Made by a program: the position numbers and the translations under genes
Notes under the pieces: model-generated
What the model was told of the DNA's origin: nothing
The model's input: only the letters and a program-made list of their open reading frames with translations
Database searches by the model: none
Shown: positions 27,901-41,900 of the stretch, piece after piece
How positions within the stretch are numbered: the stretch's first letter is position 1
Layout of the letters: every line of letters starts with the position of its first letter
Assembly: GCA_964035545.1 (NCBI GenBank)
Contig: CAXIUT010000103.1
Location: 1 to 64,000 of the forward strand
Source: Bugula neritina
Lineage: Eukaryota; Animalia; Bryozoa
Direction: 5' to 3'
Length of the DNA stretch: 64,000 bases

Positions 27901-30050
27901 ACAACCGGCAATCCTGACTCATGTGAATTGTGTTATTGTTCTAGAGTTGGCCCATGGGCCTACAGTATACGATTTGAAGCTTTATAGTTTACAGGCAGTC
28001 GAGATGAGTCACTGCTGAAACCCATTTTATTAGTAGACTATATTGCTCTTCAATCATCAGTTTTCATATTAAAACAGAAAGCTCATCTGCAGCGCCATTT
28101 CACAGTGTTATATTTTGCTAGAGCAATAACTATTTTTAGATGCCTTTGCAAACATATGAGAAATAAATGAGTCATTCTATGAAAAGAGGTGTTTGCAGCA
28201 CTTGTCCACTTTTGATTTACACGCGGCATCGAAACTTTTGTAGTTTTAAATAATGTCTCCAAATTCATCACTTGCATGTGTTTAGATACTTGATGAAAAT
28301 GTTTATGCAAAATTTGATGCCTGCTTCAAAGACACCAGTGCTTAATTACTGTGTTAACTGTATTGGCACGTTGCCATGAGATATTTGGTAATATTTCGCA
28401 TCACAACAAACTCTTCAGAAAGTTAAGAAAATCAGTCTAGAAAGTTAATGAAATAAACCTACCAGAGAGAGTAAGCCAGATGTAACAAGTAGATCCAAAA
28501 CAAGTTGATTAACAATTGAAGTTGAAGTCTCGATGTAGTCAACACTTTAGTCCTAACGTCAAATGCTAACGTCTGCAACCAAACTGTGAAGACTTCATGA
28601 GCTGGTTAGCTGACAGGACACATTAAAGTTCTTAACTCTTGTGTGTATAGTGATGCCCATCTTGAACTAGAGAGGGCTGACTGAAGACTGCTACTTTGTG
28701 AGAATTGACAATGCATATTATTATTATTCATTGTTGAGATTCACGACTGCCATAAACAATGTTAAAATATTCATTGTTGGTACGACTGAGTAGAATAAAA
28801 TATAATATAATATTGTTTTCTGGACAGAAAAGTAATATCAAATGCATATTATAACTTACCATAAATCTACAGTGCTTCACATCTTCACCTTTTCCTGCAA
28901 TTTTATTTCTTTGCAGTTAGAAGTAGTAGCTGAATATATGACGATGAAACATAACCCTTCAATTTCATTGCACCAGCACCAGTTGCAAGATAGGTGTGTT
29001 GGGAGTTATCTTTCCTAAAATTTTGTTCTTGGTGTTTATACGAAGCAGACACAGGCTAATATTAGTTTTGTTATTTGCAAGAGTATTTCTGTCTGATTGT
29101 CCATCGGCAAAAGTTTGCGCCTTGCAGTTATTATGGAAATACCAGTGATGCTGGAAGACCTTTGCATTGTACACCCGCCTTGACTATTGAATTTAGATGT
29201 TTTATTTTCCCATCCCCTCTCCCGCCCCCCTGTCCCCTCTAACAACCGGCAATCCTGACTCATGTGAATTGTGTTATTGTTCTAGAGTTGGCCCATGGGC
29301 CTACAGTATACGATTTGAAGCTTTATAGTTTACAGGCAGTCGAGATGAGTCACTGCTGAAACCCATTTTATTAGTAGACTATATTGCTCTTCAATCATCA
29401 GTTTTCATATTAAAAGAGAAAGCTCATCTGCAGCGCCATTTCACAGTGTTATGTTTTGCTAGAGCTATAACTACTTTTAGATGCCTTTGCAAACATATGA
29501 GAAGTAAATGAGTCATTCTATGAAAAGAGGTGTTTGCAGCACTTGTCCACTTTTGATCTACACGCGGCATGGAAACTTTTGTAGTTTTAAATAATGTCTC
29601 CAAATTCATCACTTGCATGTGTTTAGATACTTGATGAAAATTTTTATGCAAAACTTGATGCCTGCTTCAAAGACACCAGTGCTTAATTACTGTGTTAACT
29701 GTATTGGCACGTTGCCATGAGATATTTGGTAATATTTCGCATCACAACAAACTCTTCAGAAAGTTAAGAAAATCAGTCTAGAAAGTTAATGAAATAAACC
29801 TACCAGAGAGAGTAAGCCAGATGTAACAAGTAGATCCAAAACAAGTTGATTAACAATTGAAGTTGAAGTCTCCATGTAGTCAACACTTTAGTCCTAACGT
29901 CAAATGCAAACGTCTGCAACCAAACTGTGAAGACTTCATGAGCTGGTTAGCTGACAGGACACATTAAAGTTCTTAACTCTTGTGTGTATAGTGATGCCCA
30001 TCTTGAACTAGAGAGGGCTGACTGAAGACTGCTACTTTGTGAAAATTGAC
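21450..30050. repeat. 3-mer higher-order repeat, period 4023 bp, 2 copies
   Basis: LEGAG allele at 22331 and 26354, ATTTGCTGGAAAGATAAATAACATC at 23451 and 27474, GTGAGAATTG near 24675 and 28698, GCTATAAC at 25441 and 29464. Confidence 0.92.
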
Positions 30051-33000
30051 AATGCATATTATTGTTATTCATTGTTGAGATTCACGACTGCCATAAACAA
30101 TGATAAAATATTCTTTGTTGGTACTACTGAGTAAAATAAAATATAATATAATATTGTTTTCTGGACAGAAAAGTAATATCAAATGCATATTATAACTTAC
30201 CATAAATCTACAGTGCTTCACATCTTCACCTTTTTTTGCAATGTTATTTCTTTGCAGTTAGAAGTACTAGCTGAATATATGACTATGAAACATAACCCTT
30301 CAATTTCATTGCACCAGCACCAGTTGCAAGATAGGTGTGTTGGGAGTTATCTTTCCTAAAAATTTGTTCTTGGTGTTTATACGAAGCAGACACAGGCTAT
30401 TATTAGTTTTGTTATTTGCAAGAGTTTTTCTGTCTGATTGTCCATCAGCAAAAGTTTGCGCCTTGCAGTTATTATGGAAATACCAGTGATGCTGGAAGAC
30501 CTTTGCATTGTACACCCGCCTTGACTATTGAATTTAGATGTTTTATTTTCCCATCCCCTCTCCCGCCCCCCTGTCCCCTCTAACAACCGGCAATCCTGAC
30601 TCATGTGAATTGTGTTATTGTTCTAGAGTTGGCCCATGGGCCTACAGTATACGATTTGAAGCTTTATAGTTTACAGGCAGTCGAGATGAGTCACTGCTGA
30701 AACCCATTTTATTAGTAGACTATATTGCTCTTCAATCATCAGTTTTCATATTAAAAGAGAAAGCTCATCTGCAGCGCCATTTCACAGTGTTATGTTTTGC
30801 TAGAGCAATAACTACTTTTAGATGCCTTTGCAAACATATGAGAAGTAAATGAGTCATTCTATGAAAAGAGGTGTTTGCAGCACTTGTCCACTTTTGATCT
30901 ACACGCGGCATGGAAACTTTTGTAGTTTTAAATAATGTCTCCAAATTCATCACTTGCATGTGTTTAGATACTTGATGAAAATTTTTATGCAAAACTTGAT
31001 GCCTGCTTCAAAGACACCAGTGCTTAATTACTGTGTTAACTGTATTGGCACGTTGCCATGAGATATTTGGTAATATTTCGCATCACAACAAACTCTTCAG
31101 AAAGTTAAGAAAATCAGTCTAGAAAGTTAATGAAATAAACCTACCAGAGAGAGTAAGCCAGATGTAACAAGTAGATCCAAAACAAGTTGATTAACAATTG
31201 AAGTTGAAGTCTCCATGTAGTCAACACTTTAGTCCTAACGTCAAATGCAAACGTCTGCAACCAAACTGTGAAGACTTCATGAGCTGGTTAGCTGACAGGA
31301 CACATTAAAGTTCTTAACTCTTGTGTGTATAGTGATGCCCATCTTGAACTAGAGAGGGCTGACTGAAGACTGCTACTTTGTGAAAATTGACAATGCATAT
31401 TATTGTTATTCATTGTTGAGATTCACGACTGCCATAAACAATGATAAAATATTCTTTGTTGGTACTACTGAGTAAAATAAAATATAATATAATATTGTTT
31501 TCTGGACAGAAAAGTAATATCAAATGCATATTATAACTTACCATAAATCTACAGTGCTTCACATCTTCACCTTTTTTTGCAATGTTATTTCTTTGCAGTT
31601 AGAAGTACTAGCTGAATATATGACTATGAAACATAACCCTTCAATTTCATTGCACCAGCACCAGTTGCAAGATAGGTGTGTTGGGAGTTATCTTTCCTAA
31701 AAATTTGTTCTTGGTGTTTATACGAAGCAGACACAGGCTATTATTAGTTTTGTTATTTGCAAGAGTTTTTCTGTCTGATTGTCCATCAGCAAAAGTTTGC
31801 GCCTTGCAGTTATTATGGAAATACCAGTGATGCTGGAAGACCTTTGCATTGTACACCCGCCTTGACTATTGAATTTAGATGTTTTATTTTCCCATCCCCT
31901 CTCCCGCCCCCCTGTCCCCTCTAACAACCGGCAATCCTGACTCATGTGAATTGTGTTATTGTTCTAGAGTTGGCCCATGGGCCTACAGTATACGATTTGA
32001 AGCTTTATAGTTTACAGGCAGTCGAGATGAGTCACTGCTGAAACCCATTTTATTAGTAGACTATATTGCTCTTCAATCATCAGTTTTCATATTAAAAGAG
32101 AAAGCTCATCTGCAGCGCCATTTCACAGTGTTATGTTTTGCTAGAGCAATAACTACTTTTAGATGCCTTTGCAAACATATGAGAAGTAAATGAGTCATTC
32201 TATGAAAAGAGGTGTTTGCAGCACTTGTCCACTTTTGATCTACACGCGGCATGGAAACTTTTGTAGTTTTAAATAATGTCTCCAAATTCATCACTTGCAT
32301 GTGTTTAGATACTTGATGAAAATTTTTATGCAAAACTTGATGCCTGCTTCAAAGACACCAGTGCTTAATTACTGTGTTAACTGTATTGGCACGTTGCCAT
32401 GAGATATTTGGTAATATTTCGCATCACAACAAACTCTTCAGAAAGTTAAGAAAATCAGTCTAGAAAGTTAATGAAATAAACCTACCAGAGAGAGTAAGCC
32501 AGATGTAACAAGTAGATCCAAAACAAGTTGATTAACAATTGAAGTTGAAGTCTCCATGTAGTCAACACTTTAGTCCTAACGTCAAATGCAAACGTCTGCA
32601 ACCAAACTGTGAAGACTTCATGAGCTGGTTAGCTGACAGGACACATTAAAGTTCTTAACTCTTGTGTGTATAGTGATGCCCATCTTGAACTAGAGAGGGC
32701 TGACTGAAGACTGCTACTTTGTGAAAATTGACAATGCATATTATTGTTATTCATTGTTGAGATTCACGACTGCCATAAACAATGATAAAATATTCTTTGT
32801 TGGTACTACTGAGTAAAATAAAATATAATATAATATTGTTTTCTGGACAGAAAAGTAATATCAAATGCATATTATAACTTACCATAAATCTACAGTGCTT
32901 CACATCTTCACCTTTTTTTGCAATGTTATTTCTTTGCAGTTAGAAGTACTAGCTGAATATATGACTATGAAACATAACCCTTCAATTTCATTGCACCAGC

Positions 33001-35900
33001 ACCAGTTGCAAGATAGGTGTGTTGGGAGTTATCTTTCCTAAAAATTTGTTCTTGGTGTTTATACGAAGCAGACACAGGCTATTATTAGTTTTGTTATTTG
33101 CAAGAGTTTTTCTGTCTGATTGTCCATCAGCAAAAGTTTGCGCCTTGCAGTTATTATGGAAATACCAGTGATGCTGGAAGACCTTTGCATTGTACACCCG
33201 CCTTGACTATTGAATTTAGATGTTTTATTTTCCCATCCCCTCTCCCGCCCCCCTGTCCCCTCTAACAACCGGCAATCCTGACTCATGTGAATTGTGTTAT
33301 TGTTCTAGAGTTGGCCCATGGGCCTACAGTATACGATTTGAAGCTTTATAGTTTACAGGCAGTCGAGATGAGTCACTGCTGAAACCCATTTTATTAGTAG
33401 ACTATATTGCTCTTCAATCATCAGTTTTCATATTAAAAGAGAAAGCTCATCTGCAGCGCCATTTCACAGTGTTATGTTTTGCTAGAGCTATAACTACTTT
33501 TAGATGCCTTTGCAAACATATGAGAAGTAAATGAGTCATTCTATGAAAAGAGGTGTTTGCAGCACTTGTCCACTTTTGATCTACACGCGGCATGGAAACT
33601 TTTGTAGTTTTAAATAATGTCTCCAAATTCATCACTTGCATGTGTTTAGATACTTGATGAAAATTTTTATGCAAAACTTGATGCCTGCTTCAAAGACACC
33701 AGTGCTTAATTACTGTGTTAACTGTATTGGCACGTTGCCATGAGATATTTGGTAATATTTCGCATCACAACAAACTCTTCAGAAAGTTAAGAAAATCAGT
33801 CTAGAAAGTTAATGAAATAAACCTACCAGAGAGAGTAAGCCAGATGTAACAAGTAGATCCAAAACAAGTTGATTAACAATTGAAGTTGAAGTCTCCATGT
33901 AGTCAACACTTTAGTCCTAACGTCAAATGCAAACGTCTGCAACCAAACTGTGAAGACTTCATGAGCTGGTTAGCTGACAGGACACATTAAAGTTCTTAAC
34001 TCTTGTGTGTATAGTGATGCCCATCTTGAACTAGAGAGGGCTGACTGAAGACTGCTACTTTGTGAAAATTGACAATGCATATTATTGTTATTCATTGTTG
34101 AGATTCACGACTGCCATAAACAATGATAAAATATTCTTTGTTGGTACTACTGAGTAAAATAAAATATAATATAATATTGTTTTCTGGACAGAAAAGTAAT
34201 ATCAAATGCATATTATAACTTACCATAAATCTACAGTGCTTCACATCTTCACCTTTTTTTGCAATGTTATTTCTTTGCAGTTAGAAGTACTAGCTGAATA
34301 TATGACTATGAAACATAACCCTTCAATTTCATTGCACCAGCACCAGTTGCAAGATAGGTGTGTTGGGAGTTATCTTTCCTAAAAATTTGTTCTTGGTGTT
34401 TATACGAAGCAGACACAGGCTATTATTAGTTTTGTTATTTGCAAGAGTTTTTCTGTCTGATTGTCCATCAGCAAAAGTTTGCGCCTTGCAGTTATTATGG
34501 AAATACCAGTGATGCTGGAAGACCTTTGCATTGTACACCCGCCTTGACTATTGAATTTAGATGTTTTATTTTCCCATCCCCTCTCCCGCCCCCCTGTCCC
34601 CTCTAACAACCGGCAATCCTGACTCATGTGAATTGTGTTATTGTTCTAGAGTTGGCCCATGGGCCTACAGTATACGATTTGAAGCTTTATAGTTTACAGG
34701 CAGTCGAGATGAGTCACTGCTGAAACCCATTTTATTAGTAGACTATATTGCTCTTCAATCATCAGTTTTCATATTAAAAGAGAAAGCTCATCTGCAGCGC
34801 CATTTCACAGTGTTATGTTTTGCTAGAGCAATAACTACTTTTAGATGCCTTTGCAAACATATGAGAAGTAAATGAGTCATTCTATGAAAAGAGGTGTTTG
34901 CAGCACTTGTCCACTTTTGATCTACACGCGGCATGGAAACTTTTGTAGTTTTAAATAATGTCTCCAAATTCATCACTTGCATGTGTTTAGATACTTGATG
35001 AAAATTTTTATGCAAAACTTGATGCCTGCTTCAAAGACACCAGTGCTTAATTACTGTGTTAACTGTATTGGCACGTTGCCATGAGATATTTGGTAATATT
35101 TCGCATCACAACAAACTCTTCAGAAAGTTAAGAAAATCAGTCTAGAAAGTTAATGAAATAAACCTACCAGAGAGAGTAAGCCAGATGTAACAAGTAGATC
35201 CAAAACAAGTTGATTAACAATTGAAGTTGAAGTCTCCATGTAGTCAACACTTTAGTCCTAACGTCAAATGCAAACGTCTGCAACCAAACTGTGAAGACTT
35301 CATGAGCTGGTTAGCTGACAGGACACATTAAAGTTCTTAACTCTTGTGTGTATAGTGATGCCCATCTTGAACTAGAGAGGGCTGACTGAAGACTGCTACT
35401 TTGTGAAAATTGACAATGCATATTATTGTTATTCATTGTTGAGATTCACGACTGCCATAAACAATGATAAAATATTCTTTGTTGGTACTACTGAGTAAAA
35501 TAAAATATAATATAATATTGTTTTCTGGACAGAAAAGTAATATCAAATGCATATTATAACTTACCATAAATCTACAGTGCTTCACATCTTCACCTTTTTT
35601 TGCAATGTTATTTCTTTGCAGTTAGAATAACTAGCTGAATATATGACTATGAAACATAACCCTTCAATTTCATTGCACCAGCACCAGTTGCAAGATAGGT
35701 GTGTTGGGAGTTATCTTTCCTAAAAATTTGTTCTTGGTGTTTATACGAAGCAGACACAGGCTATTATTAGTTTTGTTATTTGCAAGAGTTTTTCTGTCTG
35801 ATTGTCCATCAGCAAAAGTTTGCGCCTTGCAGTTATTATGGAAATACCAGTGATGCTGGAAGACCTTTGCATTGTACACCCGCCTTGACTATTGAATTTA
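29480..35900. repeat. Run of near-identical monomers (homogenised core type)
   Basis: ORF translations are identical from 30306 to 35670. Only isolated differences were seen (GCTATA near 33487, AGAATAAC near 35624). Confidence 0.88.
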
Positions 35901-38900
35901 GATGTTTTATTTTCCCATCCCTTCTCCCGCCCCCCTGTCCCCTCTAACAACCGGCAATCCTGACTCATGTGAATTGTGTTATTGTTCTAGAGTTGGCCCA
36001 TGGGCCTACAGTATACGATTTGAAGCTTTATAGTTTACAGGCAGTCGAGATGAGTCACTGCTGAAACCCATTTTATTAGTAGACTATATTGCTCTTCAAT
36101 CATCAGTTTTCATATTAAAAGAGAAAGCTCATCTGCAGCGCCATTTCACAGTGTTATATTTCGCCAGAGCAATAACTAATTTTAGATGCCTTTGCAAACA
36201 TATGAGAAATAAATGAGTCATTCTATGAAAAGAGGTGTTTGCAGCACTTGTCCACTTTTGATTTACAAGCGGCATGGAAACTTTTGTAGTTTTAAATAAT
36301 GTCTCCAAATTCATCACTTGCATGTGTTTAGATACTTGATTAAAATTTTTATGCAAAACTTGATGCCTGCTTCAAAGACACCAGTGCATAATTACTGTGT
36401 TAACTGTATTGGCACGCTGCCATGAGAAATTTGGTAATATTTCGCATCACAACAAACTCTTCAGAAAGTTAAGAAAATCAGTCTAGAAAGTTAATGAAAT
36501 AAACCTACCAGAGAGAATAAGCCAGATGTAACAAGTAGATCCAAAACAAGTTGATTAACAATTGAAGTTGAAATCTCCATGTAGTCAACACTTTAGTCCT
36601 AATGTCAAATGCAAACGTCTGCAACCAAACTGTGTAGACTTCATGAGCTGGTTAGCTGACAGGACTCATTAAAGTTCTTAACTCTTGTGTGTATAGTGAT
36701 GCCCATCTTGAACTAGAGAGGGCTGACTGAAGACTGCTACTTTGTGAAAATTGACAATGCATATTATTGTTATTCATTGTTGAGATTCACGACTGCCATA
36801 AACAATGATAAAATATTCATTGTTGGTACTACTGAGTAGAATAAAATATAATATAATATTTTCTTGACAGATAAATAATATCATATACAGAATCTAACTT
36901 ACCATAAATCTACAGTGCTTCACATCTTCACCTTTTTCTGCAATGTTATTTCTTTGCAGTTAGAAGTACTAGCTGAATATATGACTATGAAACATAACCC
37001 TTCAATTTCATTGCACCAGCACCAGTTGCAAGATAGGTGTATTGAGAGTTATCTTTCCCAAAATTTTGTTCTTGGTGTTTATACAAAGCAGACACAGGCT
37101 AATATTAGTTTTGTTATTTGCAAGAGTTTTTCTGTCTGATTGTCCATCAGCAAAAGTTTGCGCCTTGCAGTTATTATGGAAATACCAGTGATGCTGGAAG
37201 ACCTTTGCATTGTACACCCGCCTTTACTATTGAATTTAGATATTTTATTTTCCCATCCCCTCTCCCGCCCCCCTGTCCCCTCTAACAACCGGCAATCCTG
37301 ACTCATGTGAATTGTGTTATTGTTCTAGAGTTGGCCCATGGGCCTACAGTATACGATTTGAAGCTTCATAGTTTACAGGCAGTCGAGATGAGTCACTGCT
37401 GAAACCCATTTTATTAGTAGACTATATTGCTCTTCAATCATCAGTTTTCATATTAAAACAGAAAGCTCATCTGCAGCGCCATTTCACAGTGTTATATTTT
37501 GCTAGAGCAATAACTATTTTTAGATGCCTTTGCAAACGTATGAGAAATAAATGAGTCATTCTATGAAAAGAGGTGTTTGCAGCACTTGTCCACTTTTGAT
37601 TTACACGCGGCATCGAAACTTTTGTAGTTTTAAATAATGTCTCCAAATTCATCACTTGCATGTGTTTAGATACTTGATGAAAATGTTTATGCAAAATTTG
37701 ATGCCTGCTTCAAAGACACCAGTGCTTAATTACTGTGTTAACTGTATTGGCACGTTGCCATGAGATATTTGGTAATATTTCGCATCACAACAAACTCTTC
37801 AGAAAGTTAAGAAAATCAGTCTAGAAAGTTAATGAAATAAACCTACCAGAGAGAGTAAGCCAGATGTAACAAGTAGATCCAAAACAAGTTGATTAACAAT
37901 TGAAGTTGAAGTCTCGATGTAGTCAACACTTTAGTCCTAACGTCAAATGCTAACGTCTGCAACCAAACTGTGAAGACTTCATGAGCTGGTTAGCTGACAG
38001 GACACATTAAAGTTCTTAACTCTTGTGTGTATAGTGATGCCCATCTTGAACTAGAGAGGGCTGACTGAAGACTGCTACTTTGTGAAAATTGACAATGCAT
38101 ATTATTATTATTCATTGTTGAGATTCACGACTGCCATAAACAATGTTAAAATATTCATTGTTGGTACGACTGAGTAGAATAAAATATAATATAATATTGT
38201 TTTCTGGACAGAAAAGTAATATCAAATGCATATTATAACTTACCATAAATCTACAGTGCTTCACATCTTCACCTTTTCCTGCAATTTTATTTCTTTGCAG
38301 TTAGAAGTAGTAGCTGAATATATGACGATGAAACATAACCCTTCAATTTCATTGCACCAGCACCAGTTGCAAGATAGGTGTGTTGGGAGTTATCTTTCCT
38401 AAAAATTTGTTCTTGGTGTTTATACGAAGCAGACACAGGCTAATATTAGTTTTGTTATTTGCAAGAGTATTTCTGTCTGATTGTCCATCGGCAAAAGTTT
38501 GCGCCTTGCAGTTATTATGGAAATACCAGTGATGCTGGAAGACCTTTGCATTGTACACCCGCCTTGACTATTGAATTTAGATGTTTTATTTTCCCATCCC
38601 CTCTCCCGCCCCCCTGTCCCCTCTAACAACCGGCAATCCTGACTCATGTGAATTGTGTTATTGTTCTAGAGTTGGCCCATGGGCCTACAGTATACGATTT
38701 GAAGCTTTATAGTTTACAGGCAGTCGAGATGAGTCACTGCTGAAACCCATTTTATTAGTAGACTATATTGCTCTTCAATCATCAGTTTTCATATTAAAAG
38801 AGAAAGCTCATCTGCAGCGCCATTTCACAGTGTTATGTTTTGCTAGAGCAATAACTACTTTTAGATGCCTTTGCAAACATATGAGAAGTAAATGAGTCAT

Positions 38901-41900
38901 TCTATGAAAAGAGGTGTTTGCAGCACTTGTCCACTTTTGATCTACACGCGGCATGGAAACTTTTGTAGTTTTAATTAATGTCTCCAAATTCATCACTTGC
39001 ATGTGTTTAGATACTTGATGAAAATTTTTATGCAAAACTTGATGCCTGCTTCAAAGACACCAGTGCTTAATTACTGTGTTAACTGTATTGGCACGTTGCC
39101 ATGAGATATTTGGTAATATTTCGCATCACAACAAACTCTTCAGAAAGTTAAGAAAATCAGTCTAGAAAGTTAATGAAATAAACCTACCAGAGAGAGTAAG
39201 CCAGATGTAACAAGTAGATCCAAAACAAGTTGATTAACAATTGAAGTTGAAGTCTCCATGTAGTCAACACTTTAGTCCTAACGTCAAATGCAAACGTCTG
39301 CAACCAAACTGTGAAGACTTCATGAGCTGGTTAGCTGACAGGACACATTAAAGTTCTTAACTCTTGTGTGTATAGTGATGCCCATCTTGAACTAGAGAGG
39401 GCTGACTGAAGACTGCTACTTTGTGAAAATTGACAATGCATATTATTGTTATTCATTGTTGAGATTCACGACTGCCATAAACAATGATAAAATATTCTTT
39501 GTTGGTACTACTGAGTAAAATAAAATATAATATAATATTGTTTTCTGGACAGAAAAGTAATATCAAATGCATATTATAACTTACCATAAATCTACAGTGC
39601 TTCACATCTTCACCTTTTTTTGCAATGTTATTTCTTTGCAGTTAGAAGTACTAGCTGAATATATGACTATGAAACATAACCCTTCAATTTCATTGCACCA
39701 GCACCAGTTGCAAGATAGGTGTGTTGGGAGTTATCTTTCCTAAAAATTTGTTCTTGGTGTTTATACGAAGCAGACACAGGCTATTATTAGTTTTGTTATT
39801 TGCAAGAGTTTTTCTGTCTGATTGTCCATCAGCAAAAGTTTGCGCCTTGCAGTTATTATGGAAATACCAGTGATGCTGGAAGACCTTTGCATTGTACACC
39901 CGCCTTTACTATTGAATTTAGATATTTTATTTTTCCATCCCCTCTCCCGCCCCCCTGTCCCCTCTAACAACCGGCAATCCTGACTCATGTGAATTGTGTT
40001 ATTGTTCTAGAGTTGGCCCATGGGCCTACAGTATACGATTTGAAGCTTTATAGTTTACAGGCAGTCGAGATGAGTCACTGCTGAAACCCATTTTATTAGT
40101 AGACTATATTGCTCTTCAATCATCAGTTTTCATATTAAAACAGAAAGCTCATCTGCAGCGCCATTTCACAGTGTTATATTTTGCTAGAGCAATAACTATT
40201 TTTAGATGCCTTTGCAAACGTATGAGAAATAAATGAGTCATTCTATGAAAAGAGGTGTTTGCAGCACTTGTCCACTTTTGATTTACACGCGGCATCGAAA
40301 CTTTTGTAGTTTTAAATAATGTCTCCAAATTCATCACTTGCATGTGTTTAGATACTTGATGAAAATGTTTATGCAAAATTTGATGCCTGCTTCAAAGACA
40401 CCAGTGCTTAATTACTGTGTTAACTGTATTGGCACGTTGCCATGAGATATTTGGTAATATTTCGCATCACAACAAACTCTTCAGAAAGTTAAGAAAATCA
40501 GTCTAGAAAGTTAATGAAATAAACCTACCAGAGAGAGTAAGCCAGATGTAACAAGTAGATCCAAAACAAGTTGATTAACAATTGAAGTTGAAGTCTCGAT
40601 GTAGTCAACACTTTAGTCCTAACGTCAAATGCTAACGTCTGCAACCAAACTGTGAAGACTTCATGAGCTGGTTAGCTGACAGGACACATTAAAGTTCTTA
40701 ACTCTTGTGTGTATAGTGATGCCCATCTTGAACTAGAGAGGGCTGACTGAAGACTGCTACTTTGTGAAAATTGACAATGCATATTATTATTATTCATTGT
40801 TGAGATTCACGACTGCCATAAACAATGTTAAAATATTCATTGTTGGTACGACTGAGTAGAATAAAATATAATATAATATTGTTTTCTGGACAGAAAAGTA
40901 ATATCAAATGCATATTATAACTTACCATAAATCTACAGTGCTTCACATCTTCACCTTTTCCTGCAATTTTATTTCTTTGCAGTTAGAAGTAGTAGCTGAA
41001 TATATGACGATGAAACATAACCCTTCAATTTCATTGCACCAGCACCAGTTGCAAGATAGGTGTGTTGGGAGTTATCTTTCCTAAAAATTTGTTCTTGGTG
41101 TTTATACGAAGCAGACACAGGCTAATATTAGTTTTGTTATTTGCAAGAGTATTTCTGTCTGATTGTCCATCGGCAAAAGTTTGCGCCTTGCAGTTATTAT
41201 GGAAATACCAGTGATGCTGGAAGACCTTTGCATTGTACACCCGCCTTGACTATTGAATTTAGATGTTTTATTTTCCCATCCCCTCTCCCGCCCCCCTGTC
41301 CCCTCTAACAACCGGCAATCCTGACTCATGTGAATTGTGTTATTGTTCTAGAGTTGGCCCATGGGCCTACAGTATACGATTTGAAGCTTTATAGTTTACA
41401 GGCAGTCGAGATGAGTCACTGCTGAAACCCATTTTATTAGTAGACTATATTGCTCTTCAATCATCAGTTTTCATATTAAAAGAGAAAGCTCATCTGCAGC
41501 GCCATTTCACAGTGTTATGTTTTGCTAGAGCAATAACTACTTTTAGATGCCTTTGCAAACATATGAGAAGTAAATGAGTCATTCTATGAAAAGAGGTGTT
41601 TGCAGCACTTGTCCACTTTTGATCTACACGCGGCATGGAAACTTTTGTAGTTTTAATTAATGTCTCCAAATTCATCACTTGCATGTGTTTAGATACTTGA
41701 TGAAAATTTTTATGCAAAACTTGATGCCTGCTTCAAAGACACCAGTGCTTAATTACTGTGTTAACTGTATTGGCACGTTGCCATGAGATATTTGGTAATA
41801 TTTCGCATCACAACAAACTCTTCAGAAAGTTAAGAAAATCAGTCTAGAAAGTTAATGAAATAAACCTACCAGAGAGAGTAAGCCAGATGTAACAAGTAGA

